Shown here piece after piece: positions 19,103-30,517 of a stretch of DNA of 38,719 bases. Under the pieces are notes generated by a model that was given only the letters and a program-made list of their open reading frames with translations, was not told the origin of the DNA and made no database searches. Within the stretch, counting starts at the first letter, position 1, and each line of letters begins with the position of its first letter. The position numbers were made by a program, and so were the translations under genes. The DNA comes from an archaeon. Its GTDB lineage: Archaea; AGJL01; Methanococci; Methanococcales; Methanocaldococcaceae. The stretch lies in assembly GCA_024278985.1 (NCBI GenBank), contig JAJRSC010000029.1:1-38719 (forward strand), given 5' to 3'.

Positions 19103-20455
19103 ATGGATTTAGAAGGATACATAAGATTATGTTTAAGAAAAAATATTCCTGAAAAAAAAATTATAGAGGAAGGATTTAAAAGAGTTATTGAAATAAAGGA
19201 AGTAGATGAAAAATTTGCTAAAAAATTTATTCATGCAATTTTAGAGGAAGTTAAAATATCTGAAAAATATAAAGAGATTGAGGATAAAACATTAAAAAAT
19301 CTTTTGGAATATCCAAAATCAGAGGTAAAAATGGGTGAGTTTGGAGTTGGAAGTAGAGGAGAAGGGGATTTTTTTGTACATAGAGAGATAGGTAGGATAA
19401 TAAAATCTACAAATATTAAAGCAGAGGTTTCTGCAGATGAACAAGATGATGCAGGAGTTGTTAAAGTAGATAATGCTAAATATATAGTTTCAGCAATAGA
19501 TGGAACACATTCAAGATTGAGTGAATTTCCTTTTTTAGCAGGGTTTCATGTTAGTAAAGCTGCTTTAAGGGATGTTTTTGTAATGGGTGCTGAAGGTGTA
19601 GCTTTAATTAGTGATATACATTTAGCTGATGATGGAGATATAGGAAAGATTTTTGATTTTACTGCTGGAATATGTGCTGTTTCTGAGATGGTTAATATTC
19701 CACTTATTGGAGGTAGTACTTTAAGAATTGGAGGAGATATGGTAATTGGAGACAGGATGGTTTCAGCAGTTGGGGCAATAGGAGTTATAAGAGATGGAAA
19801 ACCAACAGCAAGAAGAGAGGCAAAAGAAGGAGATATAATATTAATGACAGTAGGCTCTGGTGGAGGAACTATAACAACAACAGCCATATACCATGGATTT
19901 TTTGATGTTATTTATGAAACATTAAATGTAGATTTTATTTTAGATTGTCAAAAATTAATTAGAGAAAATTTAATAGATAAAGTTCATACAATGACAGATA
20001 TAACTAATGGAGGATTAAGAGGAGATGCTTATGAAATATCTAAAACAGCAGGAGTTTCTTTAGTTTTTTATAAAGATAAAGTTTATAAAACTATAAATAA
20101 AAAAGTTCTAAAAATGTTAGAAACATTAAATATAGACCCTCTTGGGATTTCAACAGGCTCATTAATGATTATATGTAATGAAGATGTTGCAGAAGAGATT
20201 AAAAAGGTTATTGATGTTATTGAAGTTGGATATGTTGAAAAAGGAAATGAAAGCTATCTAATAGATAATAATAAAAAAATTCCTTTAAAACCAATGTTTA
20301 GGGAGTCTGCATATACTCCAGTTAAAAAAGTTGTTGATGAACTAAAACCTAAAAATATTGATGAGATGAAAGAAAAAATAAAAAAAGCATGTGATAAAGC
20401 TATTGAAAAAAAGGATTTTGTTGTTAAATTATTAAAAAATAAGATTAAAAATTAA
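19103..20455 (+). CDS. AIR synthase (PurM/HypE/ThiL fold)-related protein conserved in methanogens
   Basis: MDLEGY start, GVGSRGEGDF, DDAG, DGTHSRLS, RDVFVMGA, TDITNGGLRGD. Confidence 0.8.
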   Translation: MDLEGYIRLCLRKNIPEKKIIEEGFKRVIEIKEVDEKFAKKFIHAILEEVKISEKYKEIEDKTLKNLLEYPKSEVKMGEFGVGSRGEGDFFVHREIGRIIKSTNIKAEVSADEQDDAGVVKVDNAKYIVSAIDGTHSRLSEFPFLAGFHVSKAALRDVFVMGAEGVALISDIHLADDGDIGKIFDFTAGICAVSEMVNIPLIGGSTLRIGGDMVIGDRMVSAVGAIGVIRDGKPTARREAKEGDIILMTVGSGGGTITTTAIYHGFFDVIYETLNVDFILDCQKLIRENLIDKVHTMTDITNGGLRGDAYEISKTAGVSLVFYKDKVYKTINKKVLKMLETLNIDPLGISTGSLMIICNEDVAEEIKKVIDVIEVGYVEKGNESYLIDNNKKIPLKPMFRESAYTPVKKVVDELKPKNIDEMKEKIKKACDKAIEKKDFVVKLLKNKIKN

Positions 20456-21735
20456 TTAACTGTTATATTTGCCCCTAAACTTTTCATTACTTCTACAAAA
20501 TTAGGAAAAGATATTTTAACAGAACTTTCATCATCTATAACTGTCTCACCTTCTGCTTTTAATCCTGCAACTGTAAAGGCCATAACTAACCTATGGTCAT
20601 GGTAGGTATTTAATTTAGCTCCTTTTAATTTTTTAACACCTCTAATAATTAATCCATCTTTTTTTTCTTCTATATCTGCACCCATTTTTTTTAGTTCTGT
20701 ATAACAGGCTTTTAATCTATCACTTTCTTTATATCTAACATGCTCAGCATTATATATTCTAGTTGTTCCTTCAGCAAAACAGCCTAATACTGCTAAAGTT
20801 GGAACTAAATCAGGAATATCCTTAGCATCAATATCAATTCCATTTAAGTTATATTCTCCTTCCACTATTATTCTATCTTTTTTAACTTTAATATCAGCCC
20901 CCATTTCTTTAACTAAATCTATAAATCTTTTATCTCCCTGCTTAGAATCAGCATATAAATTTAATATTTCTATTTTTGAGTTAATTAAAATCCCCGCCGC
21001 TATAATATAAGAAGCAGAAGAATAATCTCCTTCAACTGTATAATTTATTGGTCTGTATTTTTGATTTCCATATACAATAAAAGAATTATCTTCATATTCT
21101 ATATTAATATCAAATTTTTTAAGAATATCAAGTGTTATATCTACATAAGGCTTTGATTTTAATGGTGTCGTTAATTTTAAAGTTGTATCTTCATCATTAA
21201 ATGGTAGAAGCATTAATAAAGAGGTTATAAATTGAGAGCTTACATCTCCTCTTATTTTTACTAAATTTCCCCTCAACTTTCCACTTTCTACAATAATTGG
21301 AGCAGTACCATCAAGTTTTGAGGAAAATGCATTTATATTTAACTGTTTTAATGCATCTAACAATGGTTGCATAGGTCTTTTTCTTATAGAACTATCTCCT
21401 GTTAGAATAGAGAAACCTTTAGGTATTTGGGAAGAAATGGAAGTTAAAATTCTTAAAGTTGTTCCACTATTCCCAACATTTATTATATTTTCAGGAGTTT
21501 TTAAATCTCCTCCAAAAACTTCCCATAAATCATTTTTTAGAGATAAATTAATTTTAGCTCCTAACATTCTACATCCATAGACAGATGATAAACAATCCTT
21601 TCCCCAAAGTGGAGAATATATTATTGATTTTCCCTCTGCCAAACTTGCCCCAATAACTGCTCTATGTGTGTATGATTTAGATGGGGGTGATTTAACTCTA
21701 CCCTCTAAGTGTTCAGTTTTTTTAACTATAAGCAT
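20452..21735 (-). CDS. aroA: 3-phosphoshikimate 1-carboxyvinyltransferase (EPSP synthase)
   Basis: PPSKSYTHRA, GNSGTTLR, RKRPM, SSQFIT, EGDYSSA, RYKESDR, DHRLVMAF. Confidence 0.96.
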   Translation of the reverse strand: MLIVKKTEHLEGRVKSPPSKSYTHRAVIGASLAEGKSIIYSPLWGKDCLSSVYGCRMLGAKINLSLKNDLWEVFGGDLKTPENIINVGNSGTTLRILTSISSQIPKGFSILTGDSSIRKRPMQPLLDALKQLNINAFSSKLDGTAPIIVESGKLRGNLVKIRGDVSSQFITSLLMLLPFNDEDTTLKLTTPLKSKPYVDITLDILKKFDINIEYEDNSFIVYGNQKYRPINYTVEGDYSSASYIIAAGILINSKIEILNLYADSKQGDKRFIDLVKEMGADIKVKKDRIIVEGEYNLNGIDIDAKDIPDLVPTLAVLGCFAEGTTRIYNAEHVRYKESDRLKACYTELKKMGADIEEKKDGLIIRGVKKLKGAKLNTYHDHRLVMAFTVAGLKAEGETVIDDESSVKISFPNFVEVMKSLGANITVN

Positions 21736-22271
21736 GCCTTCACCTTTTTTAAAATTTCTTTATGTGTTTCATAAACATCCTTATCTGTTGTATCAATTAC
21801 AATAAAATTATATCTTTTAGATAGTTCTAAATATTTTTTCTGGATTTTTTCTAAAAAATCTCTTTTTTCAAAGATATCACTACTTTTTAATCTTTTTAAT
21901 GCAATATCAATATCTACAACTAACAAAATAGTTATATCTGGCATTATTATGCCTTTATTTATATTTAATATATATTCCTCATCAACATCTAAACCTTGAT
22001 ATGCTAAAGATGAAAAGATATATCTATCACAAACTACTCCTCTTTTAAGATTTTTTCTAATTATCTTGTTATGTTCAAATCTATCTGCTGCAAAAAGTAA
22101 AGTTAATGTTTTACTGTCTACTTTATACTTTCCTTTTAAAATTTGTCTTATAAGGTTTCCAACAATACCATCAGTTGGTTCATAAGTCCAAAAATAGTTT
22201 AACTTTTTAGCTAATAACTTTGACTGAGTAGTTTTTCCTGACCCATCTATTCCCTCAAAGGCTATAAACAT
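21726..22271 (-). CDS. tmk: Thymidylate kinase
   Basis: FEGIDGSGKTTQ, LFAADR, CDRYIFSSLAYQG. Confidence 0.95.
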   Translation of the reverse strand: MFIAFEGIDGSGKTTQSKLLAKKLNYFWTYEPTDGIVGNLIRQILKGKYKVDSKTLTLLFAADRFEHNKIIRKNLKRGVVCDRYIFSSLAYQGLDVDEEYILNINKGIIMPDITILLVVDIDIALKRLKSSDIFEKRDFLEKIQKKYLELSKRYNFIVIDTTDKDVYETHKEILKKVKACL

Positions 22272-23126
22272 TTAATTCTCCTTTTTAAATTTTTCTTTAA
22301 CTTTAACAACCACTACAGGAGTGTGCTCCAACTTTTCCAATATTTCCTCAGTTATTATATATGTGTTAAATTTTTCATAAACTTCATTCATATTTTTTAT
22401 AGTTTTATGAACTCTATCACTAATAAATGCTATTCTTATTAATTTTTTTATATCTTTTTCATCTCCAGCCAATGCTAATGGAGTGCATCCAATAAATCCA
22501 CCTAATTTTAATTTTTCAGCAATTTTTCCCAATATAAAACCAAAAACTCCCAAGCAATGTATTCCCTCAATAGCATAAGGAAGAGCTGTAACATAAAAAT
22601 TTAAAACTTTGTATGTTGCATCAGTATCAGCAACCATAACATTAACATCCACATTAAAAACTTTTCTTATCTCATCTCTTAAATTTTTAGCCCATATATA
22701 TGGATTCTTTGGTAAGAGGGATGCATAAGTTCCTGGAACATTTGTTAAATCAACCCCTCCCTCAGCATAAGGCTTTAAGGCATATATAAATCCTACCTCT
22801 CTAATAACAACCTCCTTATGTTTTAGAGTTTCTCTTTTAGGAAGATTTTTTAAATTTTTTAATTTTTCTTCTTTAACACCTATTAATTTCCCAAAATAAG
22901 GCCAAAAATATTTTGATAAATAATAAGATACATATGCTAAAATTGAGGGATTATATTTTTCTTCATCTACCAATCTACCCTCAACTGTAGAAATCATTTT
23001 TTCACTTAAAACTATAAAATCCCCATCTTCAAGCTTAATATTACTTTTTTTTATAGCTTCAATAATTATAGGTATTGGATTTTCCCCTTTCTTTATATAT
23101 TTTGTTCTTATAGGATATGCTCTCAT
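22272..23126 (-). CDS. CofE-like (F420-0:gamma-glutamyl ligase family) protein of uncertain function
   Basis: PIRTKYI, DGDFIVLSEKMIS, GGVDLTNVP, VMVADTD, TPVVVV. The start could instead be 23141. Confidence 0.72.
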   Translation of the reverse strand: MRAYPIRTKYIKKGENPIPIIIEAIKKSNIKLEDGDFIVLSEKMISTVEGRLVDEEKYNPSILAYVSYYLSKYFWPYFGKLIGVKEEKLKNLKNLPKRETLKHKEVVIREVGFIYALKPYAEGGVDLTNVPGTYASLLPKNPYIWAKNLRDEIRKVFNVDVNVMVADTDATYKVLNFYVTALPYAIEGIHCLGVFGFILGKIAEKLKLGGFIGCTPLALAGDEKDIKKLIRIAFISDRVHKTIKNMNEVYEKFNTYIITEEILEKLEHTPVVVVKVKEKFKKEN

Positions 23127-23197
23127 AATTTCCCTAAACATTAGAAAGATATATAATATTTAAGGTTATTATTATAATTGTAATTAAAAATTTTTGA

Positions 23198-24064
<867 letters not shown>

Positions 24065-24085
24065 AATTATTTTTAGGAATAAAAT

Positions 24086-24874
24086 ATGATAATAACTATT
24101 GCTTCAGGAAAGGGTGGTGTTGGAAAAACCACGACAACAGCATCCTTAGCTGTGGCATTGGCAAAATTAAATAAAAAGGTTTTAGTCATAGATGGAGACA
24201 TATCTATGGCTAATTTAGGAATTTTATTTAATATGGATAAAAAAAAGCCATCCTTACATGAAGTATTATCTGGAGAATGTAATAATGTTTTTGATGCAAT
24301 TTATAAACATAAAACAGGAGTTTATGTTTTACCAACAAGTTTATCTTTGGATGGTTATAAAAAGTCAGATATTGATTTATTTCCTGATATTATAAATGAA
24401 GTTGCTGATAATTTTGATTATGTTATTATAGATGCTCCAGCAGGGTTAAATAGAGAGATGGCTACACACTTAGCTGTGGCTGATAAACTTCTCTTAGTAG
24501 TTACTCCTGAAATGTTTTCAATTGTTGATGCTGTAAGATTAAAAGAATCTGCAGAAATGGCAGGAACCCCTTTATTAGGAGTTGTTTTAAATAGAGTTGG
24601 AAGAGATTTTGGAGAATTAAGGAAGGATGAAATTGAATTTTTAATTAAGGGTAAGGTATTGGTTGAAATTCCTGAAGATGAAAATATTAGACATGCAGCT
24701 TTAAAAAAGATGACTGTTTTAGAATATAAAAATAATTCTCCTGCTTCAATAGCATATTTAAAATTGGCATCAATAATATCAGGAGTTCCTATAGATATTC
24801 CTGTTAAAAATATTAATATTGAAAAAAAAGAGAGTTTTTTAGATAAAATAAAAAAATTATTAAGATTTAGATGA
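24086..24874 (+). CDS. minD: MinD/ParA family ATPase (archaeal MinD)
   Basis: Deviant Walker A SGKGGVGKTT, DGDISMANL, IDAPAG, C-terminal amphipathic FLDKIKKLL. Confidence 0.88.
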   Translation: MIITIASGKGGVGKTTTTASLAVALAKLNKKVLVIDGDISMANLGILFNMDKKKPSLHEVLSGECNNVFDAIYKHKTGVYVLPTSLSLDGYKKSDIDLFPDIINEVADNFDYVIIDAPAGLNREMATHLAVADKLLLVVTPEMFSIVDAVRLKESAEMAGTPLLGVVLNRVGRDFGELRKDEIEFLIKGKVLVEIPEDENIRHAALKKMTVLEYKNNSPASIAYLKLASIISGVPIDIPVKNINIEKKESFLDKIKKLLRFR

Positions 24875-25648
24875 TATTGGGATATTTGTAATTATTACCA
24901 TTGTGTCATTATATAATTCTATTTTGGTATAATTTGCAACAGTTGAATTTTTTAGTTTTAATAAAGTATAGTTATAAGCATATCTCGCTATACTTTTGTT
25001 ATTGAATATTATAATGCTTTTACTATAAAGATTTTTAGATATATTAACACCATTAAGAAATGCTAAAACTTTTATAGTTTTATTACTTATGTTAAGTTCT
25101 CTTTCATCAACATATCCATTAAACATTTGATACCAATTATCTGAATATTTTAATAATTTTTTTCTTAGTGAATCTAACTTAGTGTTATTAAAGGAATCTA
25201 TTGCTTTTTTAATTCCTTCCAAGTTATTTGATATGATAAGATATCCATTATATACTGTTAAATATGTCCCATTGTTGGAATATATATCTACACCTTTGTA
25301 GTTATCTACTTTAGGCATATTAAAAATGATATCTTTATTAACTGAATATATTATAACATAGATTTTGTTATCTTTAAAAGATATTACATAATCTATATTA
25401 CTCTGATTAATTCCCATTTTATATACAGGGGATAAAATACTATTTAAAATCATTGGATTTTTAATACTATTTATTTGAGTATATCCAAACTCTTTAAAAT
25501 TTTCTGACATTTTTAAAACTTTTTCAACATTTACATTATTTTGATAATGTAAAACAACTTTATTGTTTTCTTTATTATATTCTTGATTGTTTATACAACC
25601 AGAAACCATTATTAAAATCCCAACTAAAAAAATTAACAACTTTCTCAT
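24860..25648 (-). CDS. Hypothetical lipoprotein, Asn-rich
   Basis: MRK + hydrophobic stretch + lipobox-like VSGC, and 11 N-x-S/T sequons. Its 3' end overlaps the convergent minD by 15 nt. Confidence 0.78.
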   Translation of the reverse strand: MRKLLIFLVGILIMVSGCINNQEYNKENNKVVLHYQNNVNVEKVLKMSENFKEFGYTQINSIKNPMILNSILSPVYKMGINQSNIDYVISFKDNKIYVIIYSVNKDIIFNMPKVDNYKGVDIYSNNGTYLTVYNGYLIISNNLEGIKKAIDSFNNTKLDSLRKKLLKYSDNWYQMFNGYVDERELNISNKTIKVLAFLNGVNISKNLYSKSIIIFNNKSIARYAYNYTLLKLKNSTVANYTKIELYNDTMVIITNIPISSKS

Positions 25649-25686
25649 ACAATTTCACCAATATATTTAAATGTTTAAATATAGTT

Positions 25687-25714
25687 AAAATAAAAAAATA
25701 AAAAAGTTAAAAGG
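25687..25714 (-). terminator. T-rich terminator after the S-layer gene
   Basis: Minus strand CCTTTTAACTTTTTTATTTTTTTATTTT right after the stop. Confidence 0.55.
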
Positions 25715-25716
25715 AA

Positions 25717-27393
25717 TTATAAGTTTTTAATTAACGCTAAAGCGGCTTCTCTTGTTTTTTCTCTATCTCCACCAGCTACAACTATAACATCGTGTCCATT
25801 AGCAACTCCTTTTATTAATGCGATTGTTGCAGGACTTGTATTGTTTAATTGTAATTTACCCATATCAACTAACTCTTTTGTTAATTTATTCGCTACTGGA
25901 CCTCCTACTAAGACTAAGTTTTTATCTGCTTTATCTAAACTACCTATTTCGGTATCTAACTTAGCGATTGGTGCTGTTAATGTGACTGGGGTAATAGATT
26001 CGGCACAGATTTTATTTAAGGTTATATCTGCGTTTAATACTGAAACTGTTTGACCAACATCTACTTTTGCATCTTTTGTTACATCAGAATATACATAGAC
26101 TTTATAAGTATCTGTACCAATTTTATCATCTACTTTAAATTTAAAGTAATCATCTACTGCTGAGAATGTATCTCCTTTACTACCAAGTTTATTGTCATCA
26201 TTTGTTGGATCAGTATCGTCTACTAATGCAATACCACAAATTATTCCATCACCAGTTTTATATACTTTATATCCATCATAAGTAGTACTTTGAATATCAG
26301 TATCTTTTGAAATTTTTATTTCATCTGGACTACTTTGAACTACTGCATATATTTTATAATCTCCTTCATACTTGTCTCCTAAATGTAATGTTTTTATATT
26401 GTTTACTAAATATACATCAGCATATCCTGTAGTCTGTGCTACATTTTTATATGCATTTACTACAACTACACCAACTGAGTTTCCAACAACTACTAACGGA
26501 TCTGTATTACTTACAGTATCAAATTTTTCAGCAATAACTTTACCATCTTTTAAGATTTGAACATCTACTTTTGCTGTACCGCCAGATGTAGGTTCTAATA
26601 CGGCTTTTATTTTAGCTTCATATCCATTTCCTAAATCGTATGATTCTCCTTCACTTAAGACTCCATTATATACTAATTTACCTAATAATATATCATCATT
26701 ATCAGTATCCAATTTAACAATTATATATGGCTGACCTAAGAAAGGTATTTCTAATCCTGGAATTAATGCTGTATCAGATGTATCTAAAGCTCCATCTTTG
26801 GTTATTACTGATGCATATCCTACTAAATCAACTCCAAGTTCATAACTTTCATTTTTTAATACATAAAATCCTAACTCAATTCCATCGTCATCATTTTCGT
26901 ATGTTGTACTTTTTAAGTCTACATCATCAATTTTAACTAATGTTGATAATGTTCTAGTTACCCCATAAGTATTAGTAGTATTATATGTAGTACTACCATA
27001 TACAATTGTAGAAATTGGGTAATCTCCATCGTCTGGAGATACTGCATAATAGAATGTATTATTTGCTGATGTATTAAATTCTACTTTACTAGCATCTGCT
27101 GAGACATGAACTTTTAAATCTGCACTTCCTGTAGTAAGCTCACTTTCTTTATAACATAAGGATCCTATTTTTGCAGCGATGTCAGCAGCTGAAACGACAT
27201 CCATAGTTGAAGGGACGTTAGCACCAACAACAACGTAACAGTTTGGTTGTCCATCTTTAACTAATTCATCTTTTAATTCTTTGTAGTCTGTGAAACCGAT
27301 TTTTTCAACTGCTGAAACTCCTGATGCTAAAGCTGTTGCTACCATTGCTCCTCCTATCATTAAACTTCCGATTTTCTTTAAACTCATTGCCAT
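25717..27393 (-). CDS. S-layer protein (Methanococcales type)
   Basis: Signal peptide MAMSLKKIG...GGAMVATALASGV, MDVVSAADIAAKIGSLCY, C-terminal LVLVGGPVANKLT and VVAGGDREKTREAA. Confidence 0.93.
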   Translation of the reverse strand: MAMSLKKIGSLMIGGAMVATALASGVSAVEKIGFTDYKELKDELVKDGQPNCYVVVGANVPSTMDVVSAADIAAKIGSLCYKESELTTGSADLKVHVSADASKVEFNTSANNTFYYAVSPDDGDYPISTIVYGSTTYNTTNTYGVTRTLSTLVKIDDVDLKSTTYENDDDGIELGFYVLKNESYELGVDLVGYASVITKDGALDTSDTALIPGLEIPFLGQPYIIVKLDTDNDDILLGKLVYNGVLSEGESYDLGNGYEAKIKAVLEPTSGGTAKVDVQILKDGKVIAEKFDTVSNTDPLVVVGNSVGVVVVNAYKNVAQTTGYADVYLVNNIKTLHLGDKYEGDYKIYAVVQSSPDEIKISKDTDIQSTTYDGYKVYKTGDGIICGIALVDDTDPTNDDNKLGSKGDTFSAVDDYFKFKVDDKIGTDTYKVYVYSDVTKDAKVDVGQTVSVLNADITLNKICAESITPVTLTAPIAKLDTEIGSLDKADKNLVLVGGPVANKLTKELVDMGKLQLNNTSPATIALIKGVANGHDVIVVAGGDREKTREAALALIKNL

Positions 27394-27452
27394 ATCTTTT
27401 CACCTAATTTTTTTATTTCTTATTTGACACTAATATTATACCCAAAAACCCA

Positions 27453-27467
27453 TATATATACCTTACG
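27453..27467 (-). promoter_or_regulatory. BRE + TATA promoter of the S-layer gene
   Basis: Minus strand CGTAAGG-TATATATA, 60 nt upstream of the ATG. SD AGGTGA at 27405-27400. Confidence 0.6.
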
Positions 27468-27706
27468 ATAAGAAAAAGTTTTAACAATATTCTCAGAGCA
27501 AAGTAAAAATTTTTATCTAATAAAAATAAGAATTGAGCATAATTTAAACTTTATTTTAGAAATAAAAAAGTTACAAAAATTTAAAACTTTTAAAAAGACA
27601 TTTTACAGTATATAAATAAATTACTATATTTAAGTTTATAATATAAAAATTGACAATAAAATTAAAATAAAATATAAAAGAAATTTAGAAGTGAGGTGAT
27701 AATATT

Positions 27707-28081
27707 ATGAGATTAACTGGAAAAATGAAAAAAATTTTAAGAGCTAAAGCTCATCATTTGGAGCCAGTTGTTTGGGTTGGAAAAGAAGGAAGTGATAAAG
27801 TAGTTAAAGAAGTGGATAGGCAATTAAAAGCAAGAGGATTAATAAAAGTTAAATTAAGAAAAACAGCATTAATGTATGAAGATAAAAATAAAATTGCTGA
27901 AAAGTTAGCAAAAGAAACAGATTCTGAAGTTGTTAGTGTTATAGGTCATGTTATTACACTATTTAGACCAAGAGAAGGATGGAAAAGATATTTATCAAAA
28001 AAACCAAAAAAAGTTAAAAAAGATGAAAAAATTGTTAAATTATTTGAAAGATTTAAAAAAGAAATTGAGAAGAAAAAATAA
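27707..28081 (+). CDS. YhbY/CRM-domain RNA-binding protein
   Basis: LTGKMKKILRAKAHHLEPVVWVGKEG, LIKVK, VIGHVITLFR, basic tail. Confidence 0.9.
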   Translation: MRLTGKMKKILRAKAHHLEPVVWVGKEGSDKVVKEVDRQLKARGLIKVKLRKTALMYEDKNKIAEKLAKETDSEVVSVIGHVITLFRPREGWKRYLSKKPKKVKKDEKIVKLFERFKKEIEKKK

Positions 28082-28092
28082 TGTGATATACT

Positions 28093-29007
28093 ATGAAAAA
28101 AATTTATATTATTATTTTAATTGGATTTATTATTGCTGTTGGAATAGTTGGATTGTTAGCTTTAGCTGCTACTGGTTTTGATTTTGGTCAGCCAAAAATT
28201 GCTAAAGTATATCTTTGTGGTCCAATATATTTTGATTACTCTGAAGATACAGGATTATTTCCAACAGAAAAAAGAGATGCCAGATATTATATAAATTTAT
28301 TTGATAAATTAGAAAAAGATAACTCTGTTAAGGGAGTTTTAATAATTGTTGATTCTCCAGGAGGAGAAGTTATTGCAAGTGAAAAACTTGCAAGAAAAAT
28401 TAAAGAACTTTCAGAAAAAAAGCCAGTAGTTGCATATATAGAAACTATTGGAGCATCAGGAGCATATATGGCAATTGCTCCATCTGAATATATAGTTGCT
28501 GAAAGACATGCAATAGTTGGAAGTATTGGAGTTAGAATGGATATAGTTCATTATTATAAATTAATGGAGAAGTTAGGGATAAATGTTACAACAATAAAAG
28601 CTGGAAAATATAAAGATATTGGTTCTCCATACAGACCTCTAACTCCAGAAGAAAAGAAATATTTAGAGCATATAATAAATGAAACATATTTATATTTTGT
28701 CGAATGGGTTGCTGAAAATAGACATTTATCTATAAACTATACTCTAAAAATAGCAGATGGTAAAATATACACTGGAGAAGATGCTAAAAAAGTTGGATTA
28801 GTTGATGCTGTAGGGACTGAAGAAGATGCTTTAAAAAAGTTAGAAACTCTTGCAAATGTAACAAATCCAAAAATTGAAGAATATGGATTAAATGAAGGTT
28901 ATGGATTGTTTGGGATATTATATAAGGGGCTATACTATTTAGGATATGGAATTGGTGAAGGGTTGGGAGAAATATTTATTAAAACAAATGAAAAGGTTTT
29001 CTATTAA
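28093..29007 (+). CDS. sppA: Signal peptide peptidase SppA (S49)
   Basis: N-terminal TM segment, DSPGG, GASGAY, GSIGV, AGKYKDIGSP, DGKIYTGEDA. Confidence 0.92.
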   Translation: MKKIYIIILIGFIIAVGIVGLLALAATGFDFGQPKIAKVYLCGPIYFDYSEDTGLFPTEKRDARYYINLFDKLEKDNSVKGVLIIVDSPGGEVIASEKLARKIKELSEKKPVVAYIETIGASGAYMAIAPSEYIVAERHAIVGSIGVRMDIVHYYKLMEKLGINVTTIKAGKYKDIGSPYRPLTPEEKKYLEHIINETYLYFVEWVAENRHLSINYTLKIADGKIYTGEDAKKVGLVDAVGTEEDALKKLETLANVTNPKIEEYGLNEGYGLFGILYKGLYYLGYGIGEGLGEIFIKTNEKVFY

Positions 29008-29028
29008 AATATATGATTTGGTGACTTA

Positions 29029-30313
<1,285 letters not shown>

Positions 30314-30323
30314 ACAAGTTAAA

Positions 30324-30412
30324 TGGCGCAGGGGCTGGGATTTGAACCCAGGCGGGGCGAAGCCCCACTGGATCTCAAGTCCAGCGCCTTAGCCGGGCTT
30401 GGCTACCCCTGC
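30324..30412 (-). tRNA. tRNA-Ser(TGA), CCA encoded
   Basis: GCAGGGG/CCCCTGC acceptor stem, G73, anticodon arm CTGGA-CTTGAGA-TCCAG, long variable arm GGGGCTTCGCCCC, T-loop TTCAAAT. 10-nt spacer to tRNA-Ala. Confidence 0.95.
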
Positions 30413-30448
30413 TCCTAAAAGAGCATATATTAAATATATTAGATAAAG

Positions 30449-30463
30449 TATATAAAATTTTCG
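30449..30463 (-). promoter_or_regulatory. BRE + TATA promoter of the tRNA-Ser/tRNA-Ala pair
   Basis: Minus strand CGAAAAT-TTTATATA, 36 nt upstream of tRNA-Ser. Confidence 0.75.
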
Positions 30464-30517
30464 CTCTATAATTAATAATGGATTGTTTTAAATTGCTAAA
30501 CTATAATAAGTGATAAT

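Noticed and set aside
19152-19160. A9 run early in the AIR synthase-like gene as a frameshift site
   Set aside because: The zero frame continues intact for the whole protein, and Lys/Glu A-runs are common in this genome.
27394-27706. Longest intergenic region as an ncRNA or CRISPR locus
   Set aside because: It is very AT-rich (structured RNAs in hyperthermophiles are GC-rich), has no spaced repeats, and is explained by divergent promoters.
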